Source: Candidatus Omnitrophota bacterium
Lineage (GTDB): Bacteria; Omnitrophota; Omnitrophia; Omnitrophales; Aquincolibacteriaceae
Direction: 5' to 3'
NCBI GenBank assembly: GCA_030698625.1
Contig: JAUYMS010000035.1
Span: 9,950-73,949 of the forward strand
DNA length: 64,000 bases
The notes beneath the pieces are model-generated. The model saw nothing but the letters and a program-made list of their open reading frames with translations, was not told where the DNA came from and did no database searches. The position numbers and the translations under genes are program-made. Of this stretch, positions 49,186-57,879 are shown one piece after another (within the stretch, counting starts at the first letter, position 1; the number at the start of each line of letters is the position of its first letter).

Positions 49186-49995
49186 ATGCGAACAAAAAGG
49201 AAAGGAAGGAAAAAAGTGCATAAGCGTTTGATGAATTGCCTCTTCGTGTTGGTTTGTGGGTCCCTGTTGTCGGCGGTTCCTCCCGAAGTTTGCGCGGATC
49301 AGCCCGTGACCGATGCTCAGGAGGTTCGCGCCCTTGCCGCTGAGTACGACCTGCTCACCCCTTCCGACTATGCCTATTATTTTGCCGATAAGGACATCCA
49401 TTACTGGGCCGAGAAGGCAATGACTGAGAGCGAGTTACGGATTCGGTTTCAAGCCAGACAGCAAGTTCGTCAATTCGCCGAAGAGGCCGGGTATAAAGCG
49501 TCGTCAAGCCGCGGCGAGTTGACGGCTGGGGTCCTGAGTTACTGGGCTGAACGGCTCGTGGCGGGTGAAGATCCGCGCCAGATCGCTTTCGAATTCAAGG
49601 AGCTCGCAGAATTGCAGAACCAACTTATTAAGCAGACACTTACGCGCGCCGCACGCGTGGACATTATCCAGAGCCTCGAACAGATCGAGACATTGGCCGC
49701 CGAATACGGCTTTTTTGATACGAACCCCTATGCGTGGACCTTTCAAGAAGGAGATATCATTTGGTATCTATATCAGGGCATGACAGAAGAAGAGTTGCGC
49801 CGTGATTTTGCCGCCAAGTCTAAAGTCCGGGAGCTAGCCATGAAAACGGGATTCCGCGTTGCAAAACCGGCAGGCGACCTGACGTCGGGGGATCTGAGCT
49901 ATTGGGCCGAATTCTTGATTAACGACACCATGAACCTCGACCAGATGGAAACTTATTTCAAGGCCAAAGGCAATACACAGTCCTCAGAGAGTTAA
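49186..49995 (+). CDS. Secreted protein with two internal ~115-aa repeats, unknown function
   Basis: Signal peptide (LFVLVCGSLLSAVPPEVCA). Repeat 1 …AEKAMTESELRIRFQARQQVRQFAEEAGYKASSSRGELTAGVLSYWAERLV. Repeat 2 …YQGMTEEELRRDFAAKSKVRELAMKTGFRVAKPAGDLTSGDLSYWAEFLI. The start codon is ambiguous (49186, 49207 or 49231). Confidence 0.45.
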   Translation: MRTKRKGRKKVHKRLMNCLFVLVCGSLLSAVPPEVCADQPVTDAQEVRALAAEYDLLTPSDYAYYFADKDIHYWAEKAMTESELRIRFQARQQVRQFAEEAGYKASSSRGELTAGVLSYWAERLVAGEDPRQIAFEFKELAELQNQLIKQTLTRAARVDIIQSLEQIETLAAEYGFFDTNPYAWTFQEGDIIWYLYQGMTEEELRRDFAAKSKVRELAMKTGFRVAKPAGDLTSGDLSYWAEFLINDTMNLDQMETYFKAKGNTQSSES

Positions 49996-50001
49996 ATCGC
50001 A

Positions 50002-50583
50002 TTATTCGTAACTTACATTGACCTGCACGCCGTCGCTCTCCGATTCTTCAGAGACAGAGCCCTCAACTTCCGGCATTCCGTTTTCGCTTTCATCCGAGTC
50101 GTGATCGGCGCTCTTATCCTCCACACGTTCCTCCGTGAAGACTCCCCATTGCCGCTGAGCTTGATGGCATTGAACGCACTGCTGTGTCATGGCCGTGAAG
50201 TGCGAAAAAGAGGCCTCGAAATTACCTTGCGCCGCTTCATGTTCTAACATTTTGGCATGTTCCTTTATGGCCATGATCGCGTTAATGCGATCGTCTTCCT
50301 TGCCGAGGACAGGCTTGTACTGTGATGCGATCTTATCGATATCCTGATTCATGCGATGCAGCGCGCGTTGGATGCGGGTCCAATCTCCGCTGAGAAAACC
50401 CTCGAGGATTTGGCGAAGTCGTTGGCGTTGGTCGCGCATGAGAGAGTGTGCTTGGTTGCCGAGCATGGCGTAGAGTTTTTCGTTCGTGACCATTTCTTGC
50501 GCCCGCGAAGGGGGAACGGCAAGACCTGCGACCAGGAGGCAAATGATGAGAACGTAGGCTAGGGGGCTTTGCATGTCCGACAT
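50002..50583 (-). CDS. Putative c-type cytochrome (class II-like, C-terminal CXXCH) with an acidic tail
   Basis: Signal peptide (PLAYVLIICLLVAGLAVPPSRAQ), a helical body and CVQCH near the C-terminus, then an Asp/Glu/Ser-rich tail. Start at the internal ATG 4 nt downstream of the upstream gene's stop. Confidence 0.4.
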   Translation of the reverse strand: MSDMQSPLAYVLIICLLVAGLAVPPSRAQEMVTNEKLYAMLGNQAHSLMRDQRQRLRQILEGFLSGDWTRIQRALHRMNQDIDKIASQYKPVLGKEDDRINAIMAIKEHAKMLEHEAAQGNFEASFSHFTAMTQQCVQCHQAQRQWGVFTEERVEDKSADHDSDESENGMPEVEGSVSEESESDGVQVNVSYE

Positions 50584-50587
50584 TCTA

Positions 50588-52114
50588 CTAAACTTGTTCG
50601 AATCCTTCCACAAGTTCGCTGAGATTACGGCGGAAGATCGGGTTGTCCGGCTTGATGCGGACCGCTTCCCGGAAATGATAAACGGCCTCTTCGGTTTTCC
50701 CGAGTTCGGAAAGCGCAATGCCCAATCCGTTATGGGCTTCCGCATAGTCCGGCTCGAAGCGGAGTGCTGTGAGCTGCTGTTCCGCGGCCTCCGCGAAGCG
50801 GCCTGCGCGCGTAAGGGTGGTGGCCAGGTTGGCGTGAGCCTCGGCAAAATCCGGTTTGTAATGAATGGCCTTCATATAGTGCCGCGCGGCTTGAGCGTGA
50901 TCGAGCCGCTGCGTGAGAATATTGCCGAGATTGTTGTGGGCTAGCCAGGGCCGTTGCGTGCTTGCGATGGTGCTGCGCCACAGGCTTTCGGAATTATGAA
51001 AACGTTTGGTCCCGCTGAAGGTCAGAAGACATAGCACCGGAACAATAAGATACGGGAGCGCTTTCGGCTTAGCGAGCCGGGAGGCCAACAAGACGAGGGG
51101 GCCGATGCTTGCAAGGTACAGGAAATGGTCGGCCACAAAAGTATAGCGGAAAAAATAGATGTTCATGAAGCCGAGGAAGGGAAAGATCGTGATGATGAAA
51201 AACACCACGGCCCAAAAGGGTGCAGGTATGCCGCGTTTGAAGGCCATCCAAACAGCGCCTAGCAAAGTCACGGTGAAAAGGATTCCGAGGTAGGCTGCCG
51301 GATCTGCCGGGTTAATCTCCCAGCGGTCATAAATGAAACTTACCGGATGAGGCCATATTAATTTACCGAGGTAAAAAGGGATCACCTTTCCCGCAAGAAT
51401 GATTCTTTCTCCGAATGCCAATGCCCACGGTTCACCCCTGGCGCCGGAGTGAAACACCTGCTCCCAAACGGTCCAAAGCCCTGCCGGCAGAGCAACGGCC
51501 GCAAAGGGAGCGATGCGTCCGAAAAGCTTCTGATCAACGGGGCTCTGCTTCCGCCATTCATAGAGGAGAAGGAGAGCCGGAAACATAACGGCCGCAGGTT
51601 TTGCCAAGAGAGATAAGGTGAAGCATAACAGTGAGGCGATATAGCCGTTTCGGTCGCGCCGAAGGTAGGCATGTGCCGACAGAAGAATGAAAAAGCCGCA
51701 GAGCAGATTCTTGAGCTCCGTGATCCAGGCGACTGACTCGACATGAACCGGATGCAGCGCGAAAAGCAGCGCCGCCAGCCAGGCGACTCCGATCTTTAAT
51801 CGCGCGAGCAATCCCCAGAGGAGGAAGACATTTGCCAGGTGCAAAAGGATATTGAATAAATGATAGGGGAACGGCGTTGAACCCCATAACCGGTATTGCA
51901 CCCAAAAGACAGTGGACGTGAGAGGGTAGTAGACGGCATCCGCGCTCGTCCATATTTGGCTCAATCCGGCGGGGTTTGTGACAGCCTGATTATTGAGGAT
52001 ATGGGCGTCATCATCCCAAACAAAGCCCGCTCCGAGAGACGGCCAATAGACCAGAAGGACGAGGCAGATTGTTGCGGCCGCTCTCGGTATCACGGGGCTC
52101 ATTATAGCAGACAT
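50588..52114 (-). CDS. Polytopic membrane protein with C-terminal TPR repeats, paralog of 24456–26264 (TMTC/PMT-like)
   Basis: Loop motif FVWDDDAHI and multiple TM helices. C-terminal TPR units (AARHYMKAIHYKPDFAEAHANLATTLTRAGRFAEAAEQ…). Start set at MSAIMSP; the listed ORF extends to 52435. Confidence 0.6.
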   Translation of the reverse strand: MSAIMSPVIPRAAATICLVLLVYWPSLGAGFVWDDDAHILNNQAVTNPAGLSQIWTSADAVYYPLTSTVFWVQYRLWGSTPFPYHLFNILLHLANVFLLWGLLARLKIGVAWLAALLFALHPVHVESVAWITELKNLLCGFFILLSAHAYLRRDRNGYIASLLCFTLSLLAKPAAVMFPALLLLYEWRKQSPVDQKLFGRIAPFAAVALPAGLWTVWEQVFHSGARGEPWALAFGERIILAGKVIPFYLGKLIWPHPVSFIYDRWEINPADPAAYLGILFTVTLLGAVWMAFKRGIPAPFWAVVFFIITIFPFLGFMNIYFFRYTFVADHFLYLASIGPLVLLASRLAKPKALPYLIVPVLCLLTFSGTKRFHNSESLWRSTIASTQRPWLAHNNLGNILTQRLDHAQAARHYMKAIHYKPDFAEAHANLATTLTRAGRFAEAAEQQLTALRFEPDYAEAHNGLGIALSELGKTEEAVYHFREAVRIKPDNPIFRRNLSELVEGFEQV

Positions 52115-52594
52115 TGAATCTGAGAACAGCGAATGGGTGTACCCCTGCAGCTGCGACCGTCGTAGCAAGAGGTATTCTCCGAATACCTCACGGCGCGAGG
52201 TGAAGGGGAGGCTGTCCGAAACGCTACGGATTCCTTGGCCTATCCTGCCCATCAAAGTCTTGCCGAGAACCGTTGACTTTGATACCCACTGATACGGCCC
52301 GAGAAATCCTGCGCATATTTCTGACAGCCTCCCCTTCACCTGGCTTTGCCGGGCTTCAGCAGCTGAGACAGGAGGGGGTCGGTCACCGCTGGAGTGACCG
52401 AACCCCCGGTGCCGGAGGGTACCCCTGCTTGCCACAGTCCACTCATTGCCAGTTTTTACTCCGTTGCATGTGTTTGCATCTACAGGGTCGCACTCGCAGC
52501 GAATCTGAGACTACCCAGTAGCGCCAGAAAGGCTTATAATTATTGCCTCTGTCGATCCGCAATGTTCCGTGTTCACTGATGCTCTGATGGGGTC

Positions 52595-53566
52595 TTGATG
52601 GATGTAATGTTTTATGAGGTTTTTCGGGAAGAAGAGATTGCCCTCAAGCGCCACCTGCTTTCTGTGGTTGATGCGGGTTTCACCGCGGATACCGTTCAGG
52701 AGCACAAAGACGAAGCAGCCCCATCGAATTTTATATCTGTGAGAACGCAGTCGGTCATTCCGTTGGAGTGGGCCCGTTCGGTGAACGGGATCCTGACACG
52801 GAGTACGGGTTACGATCATCTCATTGCTTATCGAGAGCGCAGCCGCACCAATATCCCGTGTGGTTATCTCCCCGAGTATTGCGCTCGTGCGGTTGCCGAA
52901 CATGCGCTTCTGGTCCTGATGGCTTTGCTCAGGAAGCTTCCGAGACAGATGAAACACTTCGACACTTTTAATCGTGACGGTCTAACGGGAGTCGAATGCC
53001 TGGGGAAAAATCTGCTGGTCATCGGCGTCGGTCACATCGGCGAAATGGTTGCGAGTCTGGGGGCAAGCCTTGGCATGCAAGTGCGGGGCGTGGATATTAT
53101 CAAACGTGTGCAGGGGCTTCATTATGTATCCCTCAAAGAGGGGCTTCCTGCTGCTGACGTTATTGTTTGTGCGCTGCCGCTTACGGAACAGACGCAATGG
53201 CTGCTCAATTACGACCGCTTACAGTACGCCAAACGCGATACAATCCTGGTCAATGTCTCCCGGGGGGAGATCACTCCGGTTCAGGATTTGATAAAACTCC
53301 TTGATGAGGGCGTGTTGGGAGGTCTGGCCCTGGATGTCTACGAAAACGAACCCGTGCTTGCCGAATACTTGCGTTCCGGGAACATCATTCTCAGACAGCA
53401 TCATAAAACGATCCTGACTTTGAGAGGCCGCGACAATGTCATTCTGACGCCGCACAATGCTTTTAATACCCTTGAATCCATAGAGCGGAAAGCCGCCCAG
53501 TCCGTTGAAGTCGTGATGCAATTCCTCGAATCAAGGACCTTTCCTTTCTCCGTACCACCTGCTTAA
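52595..53566 (+). CDS. D-isomer-specific 2-hydroxyacid dehydrogenase family protein
   Basis: NAD-binding motif GVGHIGEMVASLGASLGM. Catalytic region with R…E…H (TPHNAF). TTG start. Confidence 0.8.
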   Translation: MMDVMFYEVFREEEIALKRHLLSVVDAGFTADTVQEHKDEAAPSNFISVRTQSVIPLEWARSVNGILTRSTGYDHLIAYRERSRTNIPCGYLPEYCARAVAEHALLVLMALLRKLPRQMKHFDTFNRDGLTGVECLGKNLLVIGVGHIGEMVASLGASLGMQVRGVDIIKRVQGLHYVSLKEGLPAADVIVCALPLTEQTQWLLNYDRLQYAKRDTILVNVSRGEITPVQDLIKLLDEGVLGGLALDVYENEPVLAEYLRSGNIILRQHHKTILTLRGRDNVILTPHNAFNTLESIERKAAQSVEVVMQFLESRTFPFSVPPA

Positions 53567-53698
53567 TGCACAAAATCAAAATCGGTATCTCAAGCTAAAG
53601 TTGGGAACTTAACAGGGGGGAGGACGAGCGATGACCTGGTTGCAGCTGAATTCTCGCCAGGGGAAAAACTATTTATGGCATGAGATCAGGAGTTATTT

Positions 53699-53833
53699 CT
53701 AGGAGAGGCTGCGCTCCTTCTTCGAGTACGGTGCGGTCGGGTTCTTGACGGCTGCTTTGACGGACTGCTTTGCGGATTCGAAGGTTTCGTGAAGCGACTT
53801 TCCTAACCATTCATGCAAGGTTCCTGTTTCCAT
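53699..53833 (-). CDS. Possible small protein (44 aa)
   Basis: ATG preceded by AAAGGGGTGA (SD-like, 4-nt spacer). Hydrophilic product METGTLHEWLGKSLHETFESAKQSVKAAVKNPTAPYSKKERSLS. It is below the ORF-track length cutoff, and no homology can be asserted. Confidence 0.25.
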   Translation of the reverse strand: METGTLHEWLGKSLHETFESAKQSVKAAVKNPTAPYSKKERSLS

Positions 53834-53909
53834 CGTCACCCCTTTCTGGCTGATGCCTCAGTGGGTTGTAACTGCCTTCTTCCATTTACGTCATTTCGCT
53901 CGCGATGGT

Positions 53910-54446
53910 TTACGTCGATTTTATATTGTTGTGAATCTCTCGGATCATCCAGCCGCGTGAGCCGCGTCTTTCCGCTAAAGCGCCCCAGGTCCAATCGGCA
54001 TTGACGATTGAAATGGCTTCTTCAATCGTTTTGGCGCTGGCTTCGCGCAGACGGGCTTCATCTATAATATTAAACAAGCCATTTTCTTTGTAAAGCGCGA
54101 TGGTGTGCCCGTATCCGTTGCCCGCATAGAAGCTTACGACATAGGCTTCTATTCCGATATTCGCGAGTGCTTGCTTTGCGAACAGGGCGTAGTCTTCGCA
54201 GTCACCGGCCCTCCTCTCCCAGAACTCCTCCGGACTCTGCCAGTAATCGTTTGTGCCGAACAGATGAGCGTCCTGCACAAATTCGAAGGAGCGGTGCATG
54301 AAATGAGCAAGCGCCTTCGGTGTCGTGATGTTTTCTACGGCCTTGTGCAATGAAAGGGGTGACAGGGTGAATGAAGCAGTTCCTAAATCGGGACAAATGA
54401 GGAAACTAATAAGTATGACAGAAAACCCTAACCGGAATCGATGCAT
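53910..54446 (-). CDS. Transglutaminase-like cysteine peptidase domain protein (secreted)
   Basis: Signal peptide, then the core GDCEDYALFAKQALANIGIEAYVV…YGHTIALY (Cys-His-Asp triad context). Start at internal Met MHRFRLGF; the listed ORF extends to 54596. Confidence 0.6.
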   Translation of the reverse strand: MHRFRLGFSVILISFLICPDLGTASFTLSPLSLHKAVENITTPKALAHFMHRSFEFVQDAHLFGTNDYWQSPEEFWERRAGDCEDYALFAKQALANIGIEAYVVSFYAGNGYGHTIALYKENGLFNIIDEARLREASAKTIEEAISIVNADWTWGALAERRGSRGWMIREIHNNIKST

Positions 54447-54774
54447 TTGCCTAATGTCCTGCGGGTTATGCGATCCGCGTGGGATCGTCAGGCAAACTTC
54501 CGTATCAGGAGGAGTTTTGGACTTGGCAACCCGGCTGTCGTGTACCCATGGGGCGTCACGACCCGTGGCTTTGCCATGCGCAGTGAAGCAGCGCACGGTC
54601 CCTCACCGACGCCGTTTCCGGTGCGGTTTTGGGACGTCCTGTCCTTACGAACAGTTTGCCTTTTCAGTTCTAGTTGTCAGTTACTTGGTGCTAGCATGAG
54701 CGCTCTTCGGAGCCCTCTTGTGCCTTTTCTAAAGTATGCCCGGTAAAAGACTTAAATTCAAACGGGCAAAGTGT

Positions 54775-54802
54775 TTGACACAGCCCCCGAAAGGCCTATA
54801 AT
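54775..54802 (+). promoter_or_regulatory. Near-consensus sigma70 promoter of the B12-regulated operon
   Basis: TTGACA (54775–54780) – 16 nt – TATAAT (54797–54802). Confidence 0.6.
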
Positions 54803-54844
54803 CAGGGCACTTTTCACCGCTCTTTACCATCAAATTGTAACAGG

Positions 54845-54965
54845 TACCGGGAAGAGAGCACCTCCAAGGGTGACTCCGCGGTGCCGCCGCTGTCGGCGAG
54901 AACGAAAACGATATGCCACTGCACCAGAAGGTGTGGGAAGGTTCGTGAGTAGGATCTCTGGTTGT
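54845..54965 (+). promoter_or_regulatory. Cobalamin (B12) riboswitch
   Basis: Conserved core GGTGACTCCGCGGTGCCGCCGCTGT (54869–54893) matches the cobalamin-riboswitch consensus GGTG..A.TCC…GC.G.CCCGCC.CTGT. B12-box GCCACTG is at 54915–54921, followed by GGGAAGG at 54935–54941. It lies in a 288-nt leader upstream of a TonB-dependent receptor gene, and a downstream hairpin sequesters the SD. Confidence 0.7.
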
Positions 54966-55096
54966 TTGCTCGCTTAGTCAGAATACCTGCCTGTTACATG
55001 AAATAACATCCCCGAGCAGGGAAAAAGCCGCAAGCAGGACACAGTTTCTCTATCGTTCTCGTGCCCTTTTCTCCTGCCGGAAAAAAGGAGATTTAC

Positions 55097-57442
55097 ATGA
55101 CCAGGAACGAGCTATTCCCTCAGCTACACCAGGCCCAATTGCAGAAAAAACAACGACGTTTCACCACAACCGCTATCCTTTTCCTCGTATCGATACTTTT
55201 CCTTACACTAAGCGCGGGGAACGTTCACGCTGAAGAATCTAAAAAGAAATCAAAAATTCTTCCGCCTACCGGAGGCCCGCAGACTTTGCTTCCGCTTCCG
55301 TCCGCATTGCTGCCCGCCGGAGACCCTGCTAAGGGGCTAGAAAGAACCGTAATTACGGATCCCGGAAGTCAGCCTCTGCCCTTGCCTCCCGTTGCGCCTG
55401 TGCCGGAGAGGCTAGAAGGTGTGCCTACCAGAAAAGCCGAAGACGTAGTAAAAAAAGAAGCAGCCGAAAAAAAGGTTGCGAAAAAGGTCAAGAAAAAGAA
55501 GGCAAAGGAAGTGCCTGCGGAAGAAGAAACAGTCGTTGATAGTATGTTTCAAGTGTCGGGTGTGGAACAGCCTTTTATGTTTACGATCGACAGCGAGCAC
55601 CTAGTTGAAACAACGCGGCAGCAAAAACCGTTGATTCAGGAGACGCGTTCGCTTTCAGTCATTACTTCGGATGAGATTCTGGCACAGGGGGATTATCGTT
55701 TGGGGGAGTCCCTGCGCAATGTGCCCGGTCTCAGAGTGCGTACGCAAGGCCCTGTCGGAGATTTCACGGCGATTTACATCCGGGGCAATCGCAGTTTCGA
55801 TACGGCGCTTCTCGTTGACGGGCTTCCGTTCCGCGATGCCGCCGATCCGCAAGGAGCCGCCACACCCTTTTTTCAGGATGCCTTCGTCGACAAATTCGAG
55901 GTCATCGAGGTCGTCCGCGGCACGGCCAGCACCCTATATGGATCCGAGGCCATTGGGGGCGTCATTAATCTTCAAATGAAACGCGGCGAGATCGGCCGGC
56001 CGAAGGCAAAGGCCTCCTTCGAAGGCGGCAGTTATGGCACGCTAAAACATTCTTATCAGATCAGCGGGGGCGCCGAAAAGGCGGACTATTTTGTTCAATA
56101 TAGCCGTATCCAAAGCGACGGCATCAAGTCAGTAGACGGATACCGGGCTCACGATTATGCCGTGAATATCGGCGTGAAGCCTTTCGAGAATGTGGAAGGG
56201 CGTTTTATCGTCAATGCCAATCAGAGCATTTCAGACCTCAATAACGGTCCCACCGCACTGCCGACGGGTCAGCTTGTTGAAGACAGTACCGATCCCAACA
56301 ATCTGCGGCGTGCGCGATTTATTCACTATGTCTCGTCCCTGACGCACACGATCAATGAGAATGCCGAGCACACGGTCAAATTTGGCTATACGGATTCCGA
56401 GCGCCGTTTTATCAACGACGTCGATGCCGCCGATACCTCGTCTTCGGACAACCAATACCAAGGCAATATCTCGAACCTGGAGTATGCCGCGGATGTCTCG
56501 CTTGGCGAGCATGTCAAAGTCACGATAGGTGCCGAACATGAGCGCGAAGAGATGGTCCAGATTTCTTCGGGGAAAAGTTCCTTTTCGTTTACTCCGCCGA
56601 CAAAAGATAAGTTTGCGGTGTATCGGCTCGGCGGTTTTGCCCAGGCGACTGCAAGTGCTCTGGAAGACACGCTGCAGGTTACGGCCGGCGGGCGCCTCAT
56701 GCATCATGAAAAGTCCCATACGAACCCTAGCGGTGAGGTATCCGCTTCCTATCTTTTTCGGCCGACAAACACGCGTCTCAAAGGGCATTTTGGAACCGGT
56801 TTTCGCGAGCCTTCGCTTTTCGAACTCTATGGGGTGTTTCACAGCGGAGCTTTAACCTTTCCTTTGGGGAATCCAAATCTAAAAAATGAAAAAAGTTTGA
56901 GTTGGGACGCGGGGTTTGAACAGAGGCTGATTGGCGATAAAGTAAAGGTTGCAGCTAATGTGTTTGCCACAGAATATTCCAAGCGTATTGCCTTCCTCGG
57001 AGGGACTTACACATTTGTGGATGGTGGTTATACCCGGGGTGCAGAGCTTGAGGCCGAGTTTCATCCCTTCGACAATATGACGATCAAGGGATCTTATACC
57101 CGGACCATGGGCGAGTTGGATGGGGAGTCACTGGTCAATATTCCCCGTAATATGTTCGGCCTGGACTTTTTTTGGCGACTGCATGAAAGAGTGGATATCG
57201 GGGTCAACCTCTCGCATCGCGGCCGTGAACAGACTGTGATCTTTGGTGGCGCCCCGACCTTCCCGCGTCTGCTTTTGTCTGAGGGAAGCTACACAAAAGT
57301 AGATGCTAAATTGGGCGTCCGTGTCAGTGATAATCTCACGGTCTGGCTGCGCGGCGACAATATTTTCGGTGCCGAATTCGTGGAGGCTGGTTTCCGGAAT
57401 CCGGGAGCCCAATTTTACGGCGGCACCAGCGTGGAATTATGA
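55097..57442 (+). CDS. btuB: TonB-dependent outer-membrane receptor (BtuB-like cobalamin/corrinoid receptor by context)
   Basis: Signal peptide and a Lys-rich linker. Plug domain LRNVPGLRVRTQGPVGDFTAIYIRGNRSFDTALLVDGLPFRD, then a long beta-barrel. RBS AAGGAG. Preceded by the B12 riboswitch. Confidence 0.8.
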   Translation: MTRNELFPQLHQAQLQKKQRRFTTTAILFLVSILFLTLSAGNVHAEESKKKSKILPPTGGPQTLLPLPSALLPAGDPAKGLERTVITDPGSQPLPLPPVAPVPERLEGVPTRKAEDVVKKEAAEKKVAKKVKKKKAKEVPAEEETVVDSMFQVSGVEQPFMFTIDSEHLVETTRQQKPLIQETRSLSVITSDEILAQGDYRLGESLRNVPGLRVRTQGPVGDFTAIYIRGNRSFDTALLVDGLPFRDAADPQGAATPFFQDAFVDKFEVIEVVRGTASTLYGSEAIGGVINLQMKRGEIGRPKAKASFEGGSYGTLKHSYQISGGAEKADYFVQYSRIQSDGIKSVDGYRAHDYAVNIGVKPFENVEGRFIVNANQSISDLNNGPTALPTGQLVEDSTDPNNLRRARFIHYVSSLTHTINENAEHTVKFGYTDSERRFINDVDAADTSSSDNQYQGNISNLEYAADVSLGEHVKVTIGAEHEREEMVQISSGKSSFSFTPPTKDKFAVYRLGGFAQATASALEDTLQVTAGGRLMHHEKSHTNPSGEVSASYLFRPTNTRLKGHFGTGFREPSLFELYGVFHSGALTFPLGNPNLKNEKSLSWDAGFEQRLIGDKVKVAANVFATEYSKRIAFLGGTYTFVDGGYTRGAELEAEFHPFDNMTIKGSYTRTMGELDGESLVNIPRNMFGLDFFWRLHERVDIGVNLSHRGREQTVIFGGAPTFPRLLLSEGSYTKVDAKLGVRVSDNLTVWLRGDNIFGAEFVEAGFRNPGAQFYGGTSVEL

Positions 57443-57879
57443 AGACGACGATAAAAATTCCCGATAGGGTTCGCTTTATCGTGCTCGGTGTTGTCCTGGC
57501 CGCAGTGGTAGGCGCCTGCCTTTTTCAGACTTTTTCCGATAAGCCGAAAACGCTTCAGCCCTTGGTCAAGAAAAATACATTTCTCATCAACGTCCGTGTT
57601 GATTTTGGCCCCGCCGGAAAAGAAGGCTATGACAAGCCGCTTTTAGTTGAGAAGGGTACGACAGCCGCCGAGGCCGCGGCTCAGATTTACCCGGTTCTTC
57701 TCGGCATGGCGTGTTGCAGTCTTCGCGATCTTGTGGAGATTGGCGGCGTTCGCATTGATCCCATGAAAAATTACTGGTGGATTGCGACCGTCAACGGTTC
57801 AAAGGATTTTTCGCCGACCAAGGACAAATTGAAAAAAGGGGATCGCTTGGAATGGCGCTATATCATAGAAACACAGTAA
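57439..57879 (+). CDS. DUF4430-like protein (transcobalamin-like fold family seen in corrinoid uptake loci)
   Basis: N-terminal TM/signal. C-terminal signature NYWWIATVNGSKDFSPTKDKLKKGDRLEWRY resembles the DUF4430 pattern …yW.y.vNG…..y.lkdGD.i.W.y. 4-nt overlap with the receptor gene. Confidence 0.55.
   Translation: MKTTIKIPDRVRFIVLGVVLAAVVGACLFQTFSDKPKTLQPLVKKNTFLINVRVDFGPAGKEGYDKPLLVEKGTTAAEAAAQIYPVLLGMACCSLRDLVEIGGVRIDPMKNYWWIATVNGSKDFSPTKDKLKKGDRLEWRYIIETQ

Noticed and set aside
52150-52430. RNase P RNA or tmRNA as the identity of the structured intergenic element
   Set aside because: The GGGGAGG…TCCG stretch only superficially resembles the RNase P P4 region (AGGAAAGTCCGGGCUC). No tRNA-like domain or tag-peptide reading frame is evident, and the element is too short (~150–250 nt) for either RNA.
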